Source: Bugula neritina (taxonomy: Eukaryota > Animalia > Bryozoa). From it: a stretch of 64,000 bases of DNA. Positions 1 to 12,700 of the stretch are shown piece after piece (the stretch's first letter is position 1; the number at the start of each line of letters is the position of its first letter). Made by a program: the position numbers and the translations under genes. Location of the stretch: contig CAXIUT010000289.1 in assembly GCA_964035545.1 (NCBI GenBank), forward strand, positions 105,001-169,000, written 5' to 3'. The notes beneath the pieces were generated by a model. It was not told the DNA's origin, ran no database searches, and was given only the letters and a program-made list of their open reading frames with translations.

Positions 1-2481
1 CCGCTCCAATCACAGTCACTATTAGCATATCATTTTGTAAATACATCAAGTTGCTGTGCAGTATCTACTCTGCAAAAATGTATAGTATATTCCTGATCTG
101 ACAGTAGGCAGGAGAAATGTAAACACTTGACTAGGTTGTTGTGAAATTGTCAGAGTAAATGTAAAGTTTTATTGTTATATCTTTTCTATAAATATAATTA
201 TCCATTGTCACGTAACTACATTGTGGAGTTGATTTGGATTACCAACAATGTGCTAAATTGAATATACACTGATAACCCCTACAAGAGCAAATTATAACAA
301 TACACAACAATAGTTGCTTAACTTTTTTCAATGCTTTACAATGGTTATTAATTTACTTATTCCGCCTGTACGAGTAGCTATATGTATATATAGCAAATAA
401 TATTGACTATTACGTCTTTATTCTGTCTTAATTATTTAGTGAGCGGTTCATTGATGAGATCCAGTAGCCGTAGGTTAGAGAGTAGAGTGGGACCGTTTGG
501 GGAATCCCCACTCTAGTAGTTCCCTACGTCGTATTATTACGTTCGCAATAATAATATCAATATTATGCGATTGGGTTAAAAAAATAGTTAGAGAGCGATC
601 CCAGTAAATATTCTTGTTAAATAAAATTCCTCCTCCTCGTGCATTTGTTTTTAATTTTAATGTTGACCCCACAGACGTTTGCATATGTAGCGCAACGACT
701 AGTGATTAGATGATAAATTTATTTGTTCAATTCAAAACATAATCATAATGATCATAATAATAATAATAATAATACTAATAGTAATAGTAAATGTAATAGA
801 TTGTGCGGTCATGGTGATACTCAGTATCATACTCATACTGATGGTGCTGTAGCCTCAGCCTGTAGCGTAGGCGTAGCCGTAGGTCAACATGAACATGTGA
901 CTTGAAGTTAGAGTTAGTTAGTGTTACTAACTACAACTCAATAAGTTAAGTCACAACTTATAAGTTATCACCATGACTAACGGTCTCAATTTTAGGGTGT
1001 GAGATTGTATACTGATACTCATTTATATGAGTTATAAGTTATACTTATAGTTATAGTAAATTACTATTTCTATTTGTAATAATAATAGATCATTACATTA
1101 GTGATTAGATGTTGATGTTAAAGCTAAACGTTGCAGATAGAGCTACTACTAGTACTAGTACTACTGTATTACCAGAAGTAGATATTCGCAGTCATCAATT
1201 ATTTTAATCAGTAAATGTAATGTAGGTTATTTAACTTTTAAGTTTTAAGCATTGGCTGAACATAAATGTTACGTTCAATTTGACATTAGACGTTAGTCAT
1301 ACTCATTCAGACATTCACATTGTCAATAAATAATAGTGTGTGTTAAATCAAACCAAGTTAATTAGTTATCTGCATCAGTGCTTGGTATTCGGTTTTACCA
1401 TTAAATTTAAAGATTGTGTTTGATTTTTAACTTTAAGTAATTAATTTAATATTTTAATAACTTTAAGGAATGCGTCTGCTGTTGGACTTAGTACTATGTC
1501 GACTAGTGACAATGCCAAGCCTAATAGTAGTATAAGTACTAGCAGTATCTACTGCTAATAGAATAATACTTGTACTAGTATAACGCGCTAACTGTAATGA
1601 GCAATGCAAGGGTCATGTAGGGTTATTCATTGTTAATGTAACTTGTGATATAAAATCTTCAAATACTGTTAGTGTTAGTGCTTCTAGTTCTAGAAAACTT
1701 GTAGTAGTTGTCAGTGAAGATAAAGTTGAGCTTAGTTACTCTTTGATTGTGATATTGATTATGATAATAATATAGATGCTAATGGTTGTAGTAAAATTAA
1801 GTTTAATAGCAAAACTAACGACCCAGTCATTGTATATAGTAGTAAGTTAGAGTTAAGCTTAGCCATTACTTCTACCCTTATAATTTAAATCAATGACCAC
1901 TAATCAATATTTAACTGTTTTTTAAATCAAGAGTAACTGCCTATCTTTAATGCTGTTGTAATATTTACACAGTTTATGTAAATTTGGAGTTACCTTTTCT
2001 TGATGTTATGGCTGATCAATTGATATTCTGTTTTTGAAAAATATAGTCACTTCCTGTTTGACAAACTGTAGTGCTTGATTAAAACAATTTGAAGATGAAA
2101 ACTAATCCACTAATAATTGCTAGATAAATAGACATCTAAAGAATAAAACACTTCTAGTTAGTTTTGCAACAGCATATTGGAATAAATTGTGGGTTCTGTA
2201 AGAATTTTGACGAGAAAACACAACTCTCTGTATAGCAAAAAAGAGAAGGCAATTCAATGTGTAAAATGTCTTTATTGGTATGCTTCCAACGAAAAAGTAT
2301 AAAAATCTGTATGAAGATAGTGTTCCCTCCGAGCTCCAGCAGTAGACTGAATCTATGCTGGCAAACTCTTCCTTTTATATTATAGAATTCGGACACTTCA
2401 AATTCACTTCAGCACTGCTTTGTATTGTCCTCACTCTAGTATGTCATCATATTTTTATTTATCTGGTTTCTAGAGTTTGAA

Positions 2482-5400
2482 ATGACCAATACTGCTGCTT
2501 CAGCTAGCAAAGTTGCTTGCTGCACTCTTTGTAAGGAGATTTTTACGCAGCGGCAAACTGTCCGGCCTTCTAAAAAATGTAGCAACTGTGGTAAGTGCCC
2601 AGGCAGTTTAGAATGTATCACAATATTTGTCAACTCACAACTCTTACTATATTTTTACCATAGCTTCTGTAAAATCTTAACTAAAGTAACAGATAACTCT
2701 ATAAAATACAGAAAACTAAAGCAGTTTATAGTTGTATAATAATTATTTGAAGTTATTTTCTAATACCCTCACAATTGTTAGCAGTACTGAAGTAGTACCT
2801 AAAACTGAATGCAGGATGTTACAATAACTAAATAGGAAATGGTTGCAGAGCTGTAGTTACTTCCTGTAGGCTATGCTGTTTACTACTGCATTGTTGTTGA
2901 TGTTTTAGTGATGAAAAGAAGATGTCCACACTGTCAGCATGTTATGGCGATAAATGCTGCCAATTGTCCTGGCTGTGGTGAGTCAGTAGGACTAACATTT
3001 ATATTGCTGATTCCAAGTCTCTTGGGGTATAACTGTTCCTGTGAATATGGCTGTTTGTGTTTGCTGGTGCTATTCTAGTGTTTGGTTTGATGTTGTTTTT
3101 TGAAGTATCTGTAATATTCCATTATATTTGATGAAATGATATTTTTTACTATAAAAAGTCTATGCAGTTAGATTTTTCAACTCCTAAGCAACATTTACGT
3201 GTGCACAGGTCAGTCTATGAAGTCATTGACAATAAACAGCAAACTGAAAACATTAAAGAGACAGTTTGAATGTGGAGAGCAACATAAGAGAGGTAATGGC
3301 TACACGAAACAGAGGATGTGTAACATGGTAAGCTCGTTCAGATCATAAGTTTGTTGGCAAGTGAGGTATTTAAATCTTATCCTCACTTATTCTCATCTCT
3401 TTCTGCTTTTATTTTTCGGTATTCTTTAGTCTTTTAAAATATTCCTTCCATCTGTCTTTGATGCCCTTATGTTCACTTATGATCTTGTCTTAATTGCTCA
3501 TATTTGTTGAACACTATCCTGTCTGTCCTGTAATCTCCTCTGCCTTGCCCTTGCTAACCTGTATCTTTCCATCTGGACATTTTCTTCTAAATCTTTATAC
3601 AAGTCTTCATAACCTGTCTCCTTTGCTATTGTACACTTCTCTTTGCTCACTTTATTCAGTCTTTTCAATGCCAACTGATCTTCTCCCATCTTAGACTTCC
3701 TCGTTCCACCACCAGAATTTTTTCTCTTTGTACTTTTCTCTCTCTACTGACCCCAAGTGACTCCTTCGCTGCTTCAATTATTCTCAGGTATGCTCCATTC
3801 TATACGTCAAATTTCTCACTTCACTTCTCTGTAACTTTGTAAGCCAGCCCATCTCCCTCCTTCCCTTTGATTTTTTACCAGTTGATTTTCATTAGTCTTG
3901 CTCACTATCTTTCCTTTCTGTGATCTTGCAATCCGTTATCAAAAGCTTGTGTTGTAGTGTCATAGGCTCATCTGAGATAACTTTACAATCTCTCACTTTA
4001 CCAACATGTAATCAATCACTCTCTGGTTTAAGCCGCTCTTGTATGTATAGATCTTCTCTTCACCTTGGCAAAGAAAGTATTAGCAAGCGCCAAATCTCTA
4101 CTTCTTACATAATTTAGTATCTTCTCTCTATCGTCATTCCTCCTGCCCGCTAACTTTTTTCCATGCCATCTCTCAAAGCCCTCCAGTCTATCTGTTCCGG
4201 CATGTTCATTCAAATCACCTGCTAATATCAGCTGTTCTGAGGCCGGGATGCGTGTAGTGATTCCTTATAGTTGGTTTTCTTTCTCTTCATATCCTTATCA
4301 AGGCGCTTATACCGTCACTATGTTGTATGTCTCTTTAGGTGTTACTTATTTCATTTTAATGACTTCTCAGATGCTCTCTCGGCCGCTATTACTCTACCTC
4401 GCTACTCCCAACTAAGGCATATCGCAACTCTATGTCTTGGTCTTCTACCTCCAATACAGTATAGTGTATAACCACCTCTGATATTCAAATCCTATACAGC
4501 CAAGCAAATAATAGTTCTGCCATCTTAATAACTAGATTTTGAACTTGGTCAAACTTTTCAGTTCATGATGGCTAATAATTGTTTTGCCAATCAGCAAATG
4601 AAAAAACTGTAGTTATTTTGCAATTTCATTAATACAATCTAATTGTACTAGACAACAATTGGTTTAATAACTTGTTAATTTCTCTTTCTCTCGCCAATTT
4701 ATTGCTGCCAGAGCTATTCTAACACTATAAACTGATAATTTATAAAATTAGAGTATCATTGCAATAGATATATTCAGGGATGTCATTATATTTCAGTCAG
4801 CATTTGCTCATGGAGCTGGTTTTGGAGTGATAACTTTTATGCTGAAGCCGAATTCACAAGATCAACTGACAGTAATCAGCAGTGGAGTGTCCAGTGAACA
4901 TACAAAGGAGTCTGTTGAAGCAATGAAAGACCTGCTATTAGGTTCAAGTAAGATTCTACATCAACACACAATATCATCAACATCAGTCCATAACCACAGC
5001 TTCGTGATTGTTGAATAAAAGTAGTAAACAGGTTTCTGTAATATCAGAGTTATGTCCTCTTTACTGCCACAGATTATAGTTTAGACAATTCCTAAGACAT
5101 TTATTTTCAGCAGCAAAGCAAACTGTGATGTTATTAGTGTATTCAATCTCTGAGAAAAGTTTAAATCATTCTGATTTCTGTAAAAGTAATATTTGGAGCA
5201 CCTGTTAGTATATTTAAGTGCTATAAGCTGCTTTTCACTAGTTTGTTACTTGGTAATACTAAATCTAGTACCAATCTTCCACCACAAAGTCTACTTTCAC
5301 TGAAGACATACTGGGCTGTAGGGCAGGTCACTCATACATGAACAGATGCTCTACCAAAGAGCATGCAGCTAACATATGATAGCTTTCTAATGGTTTTGTA

Positions 5401-6910
5401 TTGATGTTAATTGGCTGCCTTTTTTTATTTATTTTAGTGAATCAAATTTACAATTTGAATGAAAAGACTTCTATGAAAAATTATAAGAAAAAAAGTGCCG
5501 TAACTCGAACTGCAGCGGCTACTAATACTGAGACATCTACTAAGAGTACTGCTACTCCTACTATCACTCCTACTTCTACTTCTACTCCTACTGTCACCAC
5601 TACTCCTACTATTACTGCTACTCTTACTATTACTACTACTCCTACTGTCACTACTATGACAGCTACTACTACTCCTTCTATAGAAAGGACAACTTTTATA
5701 AATACATGTTCAGCTCCTTTGATTAGACCACCCACAGAGAAGTGTTCAGTTACACCGAGACCTTCTACAGCCTCAACCACAACTTCAACTAACAGACATG
5801 TTGTTCACGCTACACGCTCCACTCACATCTACGCTGCTATTACCACAACACTGACTAACACTTCAACCACTGCTTCTTATACTTCAGCCACATCACAGCT
5901 CCCAGTTTCAAGAAATAATCTATTAGCAACAAAAGGTAAGATTTAAATAAATAGAATTCTTGGGAAAGAGTTTTCTTTGATATTTTCTGGTAATTTTAGA
6001 AAAGTTGAGAATAATAACTGAAACAGTTCAACAGTGTTGTGAGTGGCAGCTAAGCATTGTACTACTGTTTGATTGTAAAAACAAGTCAGGATATTTCTAC
6101 AACTTTTACGGATATGATTAAGCCATTGTCATAGTTGCCACCTTATATTATGTTGCTTTGACTTCAGGTAACAAAAGAAAGCTGTGGGCTATAGAAAAGA
6201 TTAATAGAGTCAGAGGAGCTATGGCACTTGTGAAATGGAAAGGTTACAAGTAAGTTGTGTAGACAACTCTACAGTTATTTTCTGTCCACTGTGTGTGCTG
6301 CAGGTGCTTCGGTTGTAAGGATATGGTTGTGTTTTCAGAATTCCAACGTGGGAACCAGTGAGAAATGTGAAGCACACAGTTTTCTACCAGCAGCTGATGG
6401 TAAGAGCACAGCACAGCTGTTGATGTTATTCATTGTTATTTAGTAAATGCTATGAAATGGAGTTGAGTTGAACCCGAATTTAGTTTTATAACTGCATAAG
6501 ATATATTCAATGAGGGAGCTGTCTAGGGGGTAGAGCGTTTGCCTAGTAAACACGAGGTCATGGGTTCGAACCCTGACAAAGGCCATTGGTAATGTTAAGA
6601 AGAGCATCCAGTCATAATTGCTCCTGTATCTCATTTAAATAAGTCCTTAGCCCTCTTTAATAAAAACTATTTCCATCGGGGGTTTCTCACAGGGATAGTG
6701 ACTATAAACTTGCATAAGTTGTATAAGATATATTCAATATAGATAAATAGATATATTTTCTATTTATGTTATTTGTTCATCTTTTATAAATTATAATAAA
6801 GCAAAAGGTAAAGTCTACTTTTTATGTGGTAAAAGTAAACCAATCAAATGTCATATTTTATTGTGTTTTAGAAAGAAGATAGAAGTTTTGAACAGCCATC
6901 AACAACTTAG
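2482..6910 (+). CDS. 8-exon gene, 388 aa: four CxxC pairs (zinc-ribbon-like), Thr-rich linker, C-terminal chromodomain. Exons 2482-2590, 2870-2977, 3209-3327, 4797-4947, 5438-5935, 6168-6249, 6339-6399, 6872-6910
   Basis: All seven introns are GT-AG (donors gtaag/gtgag, pyrimidine-rich acceptors). Phases 1,1,0,1,1,2,0 join into one stop-free 1167-nt frame. N-terminus has CTLC/CSNC/CPHC/CPGC. Exons 6-7 splice to LWAIEKINRVRGAMALVKWKGYKIPTWEPVRNV, matching the chromodomain pattern (aromatic-x-IEKI...LVKWKGY...TWEP..N). Confidence 0.82.
3400..4300 (-). mobile_element. Decayed RTE-type LINE fragment (APE endonuclease region) in intron 3 of the chromodomain gene
   Basis: Minus-strand remnants GDLNEHAG, DLALANTFF and LYKDLEE...YRLARAR, typical of RTE/BovB-like ORF2; many stops; boundaries approximate. 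Confidence 0.7.
6512..6722 (+). mobile_element. tRNA-derived SINE, copy 1 (in intron 7)
   Basis: B-box GGTTCGAACCC in a tRNA-like head; flanked by a 16-bp target-site duplication ATAAGATATATTCAAT (6496-6511, 6723-6738); homologous to 28043-28244. Confidence 0.85.
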
Positions 6911-6924
6911 CAAGCTTTAATTAT

Positions 6925-7205
6925 GTATTAGATATTGTATATATACTATATTGTATATAGTATATATACTATATTAGATATTGTATATGTACTATATTGG
7001 ATATTGTATATATACTATATTGGATAGTGTATATATACTATATTGGATAGTGTATATACTATATTAGATATTGCATATGTACTATATTGGATATTGTATA
7101 TATACTATATTAGATATTGTATATATACTATATTGGATATTGTATATACTATATTGAATATTGTATATATACTATATTAGATATTGTGTATATTATATTG
7201 TATAT
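6925..7205. repeat. Minisatellite, ~21-23 bp unit (TATATACTATATTRGATATTG) in the 3' region of the chromodomain gene
   Basis: About 12 degenerate tandem copies visible. Confidence 0.85.
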
Positions 7206-8915
7206 TTTTTAGTATTTAAAATAAAATTTAAATGTTGACACCTTATAGTGTTTTGATTGTACTAGAATAAATAAGTGCACAATACGTTAGTACAAAGTGT
7301 AGTGATTGTACACATTGTATGATAGTTATATTTAGCATTGGCAGTTCTAACAAGGCTTATTTAGATTATGCATGATAGCTCAGTCAACTGTATATAATAA
7401 GATGTAGGCTAACTTTTGAACTGGGTACTAAATATAGCACAACATAGTAGGTAGCATGATTATGTAATCGTAGGTATTTATTAGTTTTGATGCGCACAAG
7501 TGCCTCACTTGAACATGTGTTGTTTTACCTGCAGTAAAATGCTATTTCTTAATGAACATAATAATATTTTGAAATTCTTTTGCACTTTAAATATAACAAG
7601 AGAAATTTATCTAATCAGCTTCCCACAGACAAGGTATTGACCAGTAGGTAGGAGCCAGGTTACTCTGACACTGCTGTCTAGTTACTAAACATTCCTTAAG
7701 CTGCTAATAACTGTGTACTAGCTGTTACAGGTTATACAATCTGAAGGTACAAATTAAATTAATAGTGAGTGCCTAGACTTTAGATAAAGTAAATAAAAAG
7801 ACTCTCCGTCATGACTTCTATTGTCCAGTATTTCAGTTGAAATACAATATGGCGCCCTAATTTCTTAGCAACTAGAGTCTATGCCTGTTGGAAAAATAAT
7901 TGTGGTAAATATATGTAACTGAAAAATGGTTTTGCTTATTGTCCACAACACATATTTCCATTTATGAATCTATAATCTAAAAGTATACAAACTGGTTTTA
8001 TTTACATATATAATAACAGTTAATATGCTTTAAAAAATTTTACATCAATATAGAAACAAAAAGTAACATACCTAATGCTCACATGCAATTATTTAGGCAG
8101 TACAGTGTAAGTTATGTGAATCTTCATAGCTATAAGAGAAATAAACACAGCTAACTATCTTTCTTCACCACTTCAACTTCACTGACTCGTATCATAACAT
8201 TGATAGCAATAAACAGTCAAAAGCCTTCTGTTGCAGTTGTCTGCACCATTTTTTCAACGCAGGTGATGCGCATTCACATATCACTACAGATTTCTTTTAT
8301 AGCAGTGTGTATTAAGTTTTATAATATCTGGATTGTTAATCTATTGATACTTTAACAAAAGTTGTGCACACAAAAAAATGCTAGAAATCTATGTACATTG
8401 CAAGTCTTCAGGCTGCCAACTGTTTCCATTATGGAAAAAATAATTGCAGATGTCATAGCAAAAGCTTCCGAAGTTGAAACCGCACCAGTTATATTTTATT
8501 AACTGCATAATTATATAAGTAGTTAGGTTTTGCTCTACCCTATAATAATGTGGTAGTATACAGTAAAATCTGTCTAAATATATGGACTGTTGAGTGAGCC
8601 AATCACCGTTTAAAATAAATTTTTGTCTGTCAACTAAATAATCCAAACATCTTGCGTTGTTAACGAAAAATTATTTTGAGCAAATGCTATAAATACAGTG
8701 AGAGAGGTAACGTTAATTAATCATTCTTCACCCCTGAACAATCAAGATCTTTTAATTATAGTCCACCTATTAAATTTTATCAAATTAACTTTTTAGATAC
8801 CTAATACATAACAAAACTTCATATTATTTACTAGTTTTATATATGGCTTCATATTGTTATAATCCTTGCGATTTTGTTACTGTGATGGGTTTCATGTGCC
8901 TTCAACTACTGCATT

Positions 8916-9188
8916 TGTAATTATGCTATCGAGAAGAGACGAAGCTTGATGTACCGTATGAATAAGAATGTATATTTACAACAACATATAAAATATAAAA
9001 AGACTTACATTTAGTTATGGCAAGATACATAATATTTGATGTCAATACAGCAAGATATATATCATCTATCCACAGCTAGCCTAGTCGCTCTACTACTCGG
9101 CTCTACTACTCGTGTTCCTGTAAGGTCTCCGGGTAAATGTTTGTCACGTGCGTTCTCGGCAATTGATTGGAGGCTCGTATACTGGCCA
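8916..9188 (-). mobile_element. Possible solo LTR
   Basis: TG...CA ends with a flanking CATT/CATT 4-bp duplication. On the minus strand, CCAATCA and CACGTGA occur in the same order as in the LTR at 50307. Confidence 0.4.
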
Positions 9189-9249
9189 CATTGCCTCTCT
9201 GCATTACAAACGGGGTTGTAGAGCAAACGCCATGACTATACTTCTATTA

Positions 9250-9540
9250 GCCATTACAATATTACATTATAGTATGGTGTATTACAGCGTATTAGAGTAT
9301 ATTACGCACGTATGTACTGTATTGTAAGTACTGCATTGTAGAGTGTTACAGCGTATTGCACATTATGGTCTATGACAGTGCATTACATAATATTTCAGCG
9401 TATGACAGTATATTACAGTGTATTGCAGTATTTTTTAGTTAATTACAACAAATTGCAAGCTATTACAGTGCATTACAGAGTATTAAAGCTTATTACAGTG
9501 TATTAAAGCATATTATAGTGTATTACAGTATATAATACAT
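9250..9540. repeat. Degenerate 10-bp tandem repeat (ATTACAGYGT-like)
   Basis: Repeated attacagcgt/attacagtgt/attacagtat units. Confidence 0.7.
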
Positions 9541-9742
9541 ATGCAATATTGGAGAATATTACTAGATGCCGCCAGGACTATTTAAAGCTACCTTGGGTGG
9601 TCCTAACGCTGACCAAAAGCTTCTCTCACTTGATAACACCCGATCTCAGAGAAAAGGCATGGCCAATGCATCTGCGGGTAATTTCAGGTGCCGGGTAATT
9701 TTAGGTGCCGGGACTGCTAAAAGTACAAGCAGTGCTGAGTAC

Positions 9743-12700
9743 TGTAACAATGTGGATTTCGTGTAAAGGGAGAGTAAAAGTTTATTCTGCACTGCTTGCA
9801 CTCGCTATAACAACTGACTGCTTTACAATCAAGCACATAATAATATTGCACTCAAAACCATGACTAATAAAATAAGTACATTAACTTTTCACACATAATT
9901 GGTAAAACAGATGTGGACACTTAGCCAGGATACAACAACCCTTTCTTTCTTGAAAAAGCTTTAATACTAGCATAATAAAAATTTATAACAATTCAACAAA
10001 CTTCAGGTAAACCAAAAACATAATAACATAAAATTAATACTGAAATAAACTAAGTAAAGCCAAATTACAGTGAACCTTGAAAAGCTATAGTTTACATAAA
10101 ATGCATAATATCAAACTAAAGCAACTAAACTAAGTACAGTGAGCAGTGTGAAATGAGCTGAGGGCAAACCTGCAATGAAGGACACACAGAGCCACCACCG
10201 AATCCCACAGCCACAACACACAGCCCCAGCAAGACACGCCAACCAACTACTAGCAAGTATCAGACTGGTCCAGATTACACAAGTCTCGAACCAACACAAA
10301 CACTAAGTAAACCAGTCAAGTCACCCTGTAAATTGCAATATGAACTCTACAAACTAATGAGACTAACAACTAATAAACTAATCTACCAAGCAATAAAGAA
10401 TTTAATGAGTCACTGTGACCCCATATCTATCAGGAGGTTTCCTGTTTCTCAAAGGCCTATCAGTAACAGCAATAGCCTGACTCGAAGTTGGAGTCAGTGG
10501 CTTGACATCCGACACATTTCTGCGTTTCTCAACACCTTCTTTAGACTGGACTACGACCTCTGACCCTTGTTTGCTAACAACCTGTTGAGACTCCGGATTA
10601 TATGTTGCACTGAGCTTGTCAGTTTTATTCTGACGAATCAAGACTTCATCTCCTACACTGACATCGGGTATATGAGCCTGATTACTTAAGTAACTCTTAC
10701 TCTTCTCCTGTGCAACTGCTTGGCGGTCTCGTACCTCTTCATCTAGTCTGTTTGACTTCTCTAAGCAAGGAAGCTTCGTTTGGAGTTTTCTCCCCAACAT
10801 GAGTTCTGCAGGAGAAACACCAGTAACAGAGTGTGGTGTTGAACGATAACTTAGCAGAAATTTTCTCAACTCAGTTTTATGGTCTTTGCCTGAAATGTGA
10901 GCTATCTTGAGTGCTTTCAATAGGCTCCTATTTTGTCTCTCCACTTCACCATTGGCAGCCGGCCACATTGGTGTGGTGGACATCCAGAATACACCATACT
11001 CATTTAGAAATTCCTGAAATGATTGACTAACAAACTGTGGTCCATTGTCAGTTCTAATACTTGATGGAACTCCCCATCTACAGAACATAGCTTCAATAGC
11101 TTCAACTATTTTTGTAGCAACTGTTGACCTCAGAAATGCTACCTCAAAATAACGACTGTAATAGTCAACCACTACGAGAATACTCTCTCCATTGGGTAAT
11201 GGACCCAGTAAATCACAAGCAATGTGTTCCCATGGCTTGTCTGGCATTTTTGTACTGGACATGGGTGGTGGTCTGCTCGGTGCACTGACAAGCTGGCACT
11301 CATAGCAACCTTTACAAAACCTCTCTACGTCCTGATCCATGCCTGGCCACCACAATTTTGTACGCAACAACTGTTTTGTCTTACTTGTACCCTGGTGACC
11401 CTCATGAGCCAACTCCACTGCTACTGACCTTAATGACACAGGCATTACAATCCTATTGCCCCTCATGACTACTCCTTCAACTTCAGCTAGTTCAGTCATG
11501 ACAGCTTTATATGCAGGAAGGCAGTTTGACCATAGGCCACTGATTAGTGACTTTCTAACCTGGCCCATCTCCAAACATTTAGCAGCAGCCTTTTTAATTT
11601 CATTAAAACTCATTGCCTTGGGCACTGACAGTTTAGCTATCATCATTACATACTCATCAGCAACATTATTCACATTATAAGGGGTATGCTCATCAACTGA
11701 CAAACGAGACAGTGGGTCAGCTATGTTCATTGACCCCGGCTTGTAGACCACCTCATAGTCAAATGCTTGTAGCCTAAGCACCCAGCGTTCAATCCTAGCT
11801 GATGGTTTTGAGTTTACACGATTGAAAATAAATTCCAACGGTTTATGATCAGTCACTAACCTAAACTTAGTTCTAATCAAGTATATGGCAAAGTGTTCAC
11901 AGCCCCATACTATAGCTAAAGCTTCCCTCTCAGTCTGAGAGTATCTGCGCTCCACGGCTGACAAACTGCGATGCCCATATGCAACAACTCTCTCACAACC
12001 ACCAACACGTTGACTTAGAACAGCACCTAAACCATACGGACTAGCATCAACTGTAACAGTTGTCTCAGCATTTGGGTTGAAATAAGCTAGTGTTTTGCTC
12101 TGAGCCATCATAGATTTGATTTTATCAAAGGCAGCTTGCTGCTCACTAGACCACTGAAACTTACTTGCTTTCTTTACTAACCTCAGCAGAGGCTCAGCAT
12201 GTGTAGATAAATTAGGAATGAATTTACCCACAAAGTTCACAAGACCTAGGAAACTACAAAGCTCTGTAACATCCTTTGGGACCCTAGCTTGTACAATTGC
12301 TTTGACTTTCTTGTCACTTACTGATATACCTTTGTCTGAAATATCATAGCCTACATAAGTGATCTTGCTACAGCCAAATTTGCACTTTTCAGCATTTAAT
12401 GTCAACCCTAGTTTACTCATGCGCTTGAGAAATGCTCTAAGCCTAGCATCGTGCTCTTGTTTGTTACTGCCATATATAACAATATCATCAGCATAATTTT
12501 GGCAACCCTCCAAATCTGCTATAGATCTCTGTATGTGATACTGATAAACTTCACTAGCAGATGCTACCCCAAAATTAAGCTTCTTATATCTGAATACCCC
12601 AAATGGTGTGGCAAATGTTGTAATAGCCCTAGAGGCTTCATCAAGTTCTAACTGATGGTAACCAAGTTTTAAATCTGCTTTGCTAAAAACTTTAGCACCA

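Noticed and set aside
483-517. 9-bp-stem hairpin followed by CTAGT, resembling a Helitron 3' end
   Set aside because: The CTAG overlaps the stem instead of lying ~10 nt downstream, and there is no second copy or Helitron coding sequence in the window.
720-1900. Low-complexity TAG/TAA/AGT-rich tract and ORF 723-905
   Set aside because: No periodic unit or coding signal; probably intronic or upstream low-complexity DNA.
5481-5780. Antisense ORFs overlapping real coding regions (also 32002-32259, 51265-51525 and many within gag-pol)
   Set aside because: Shadow frames of repetitive or coding sequence on the opposite strand.
6512-6580. tRNA gene
   Set aside because: Incomplete cloverleaf; it is the head of a SINE with TSDs and a second copy.
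8140-8646. Cys-containing minus-strand fragments vaguely like a Ulp1 protease or PHD relic
   Set aside because: Motifs are too weak and inconsistent in frame to support a call.
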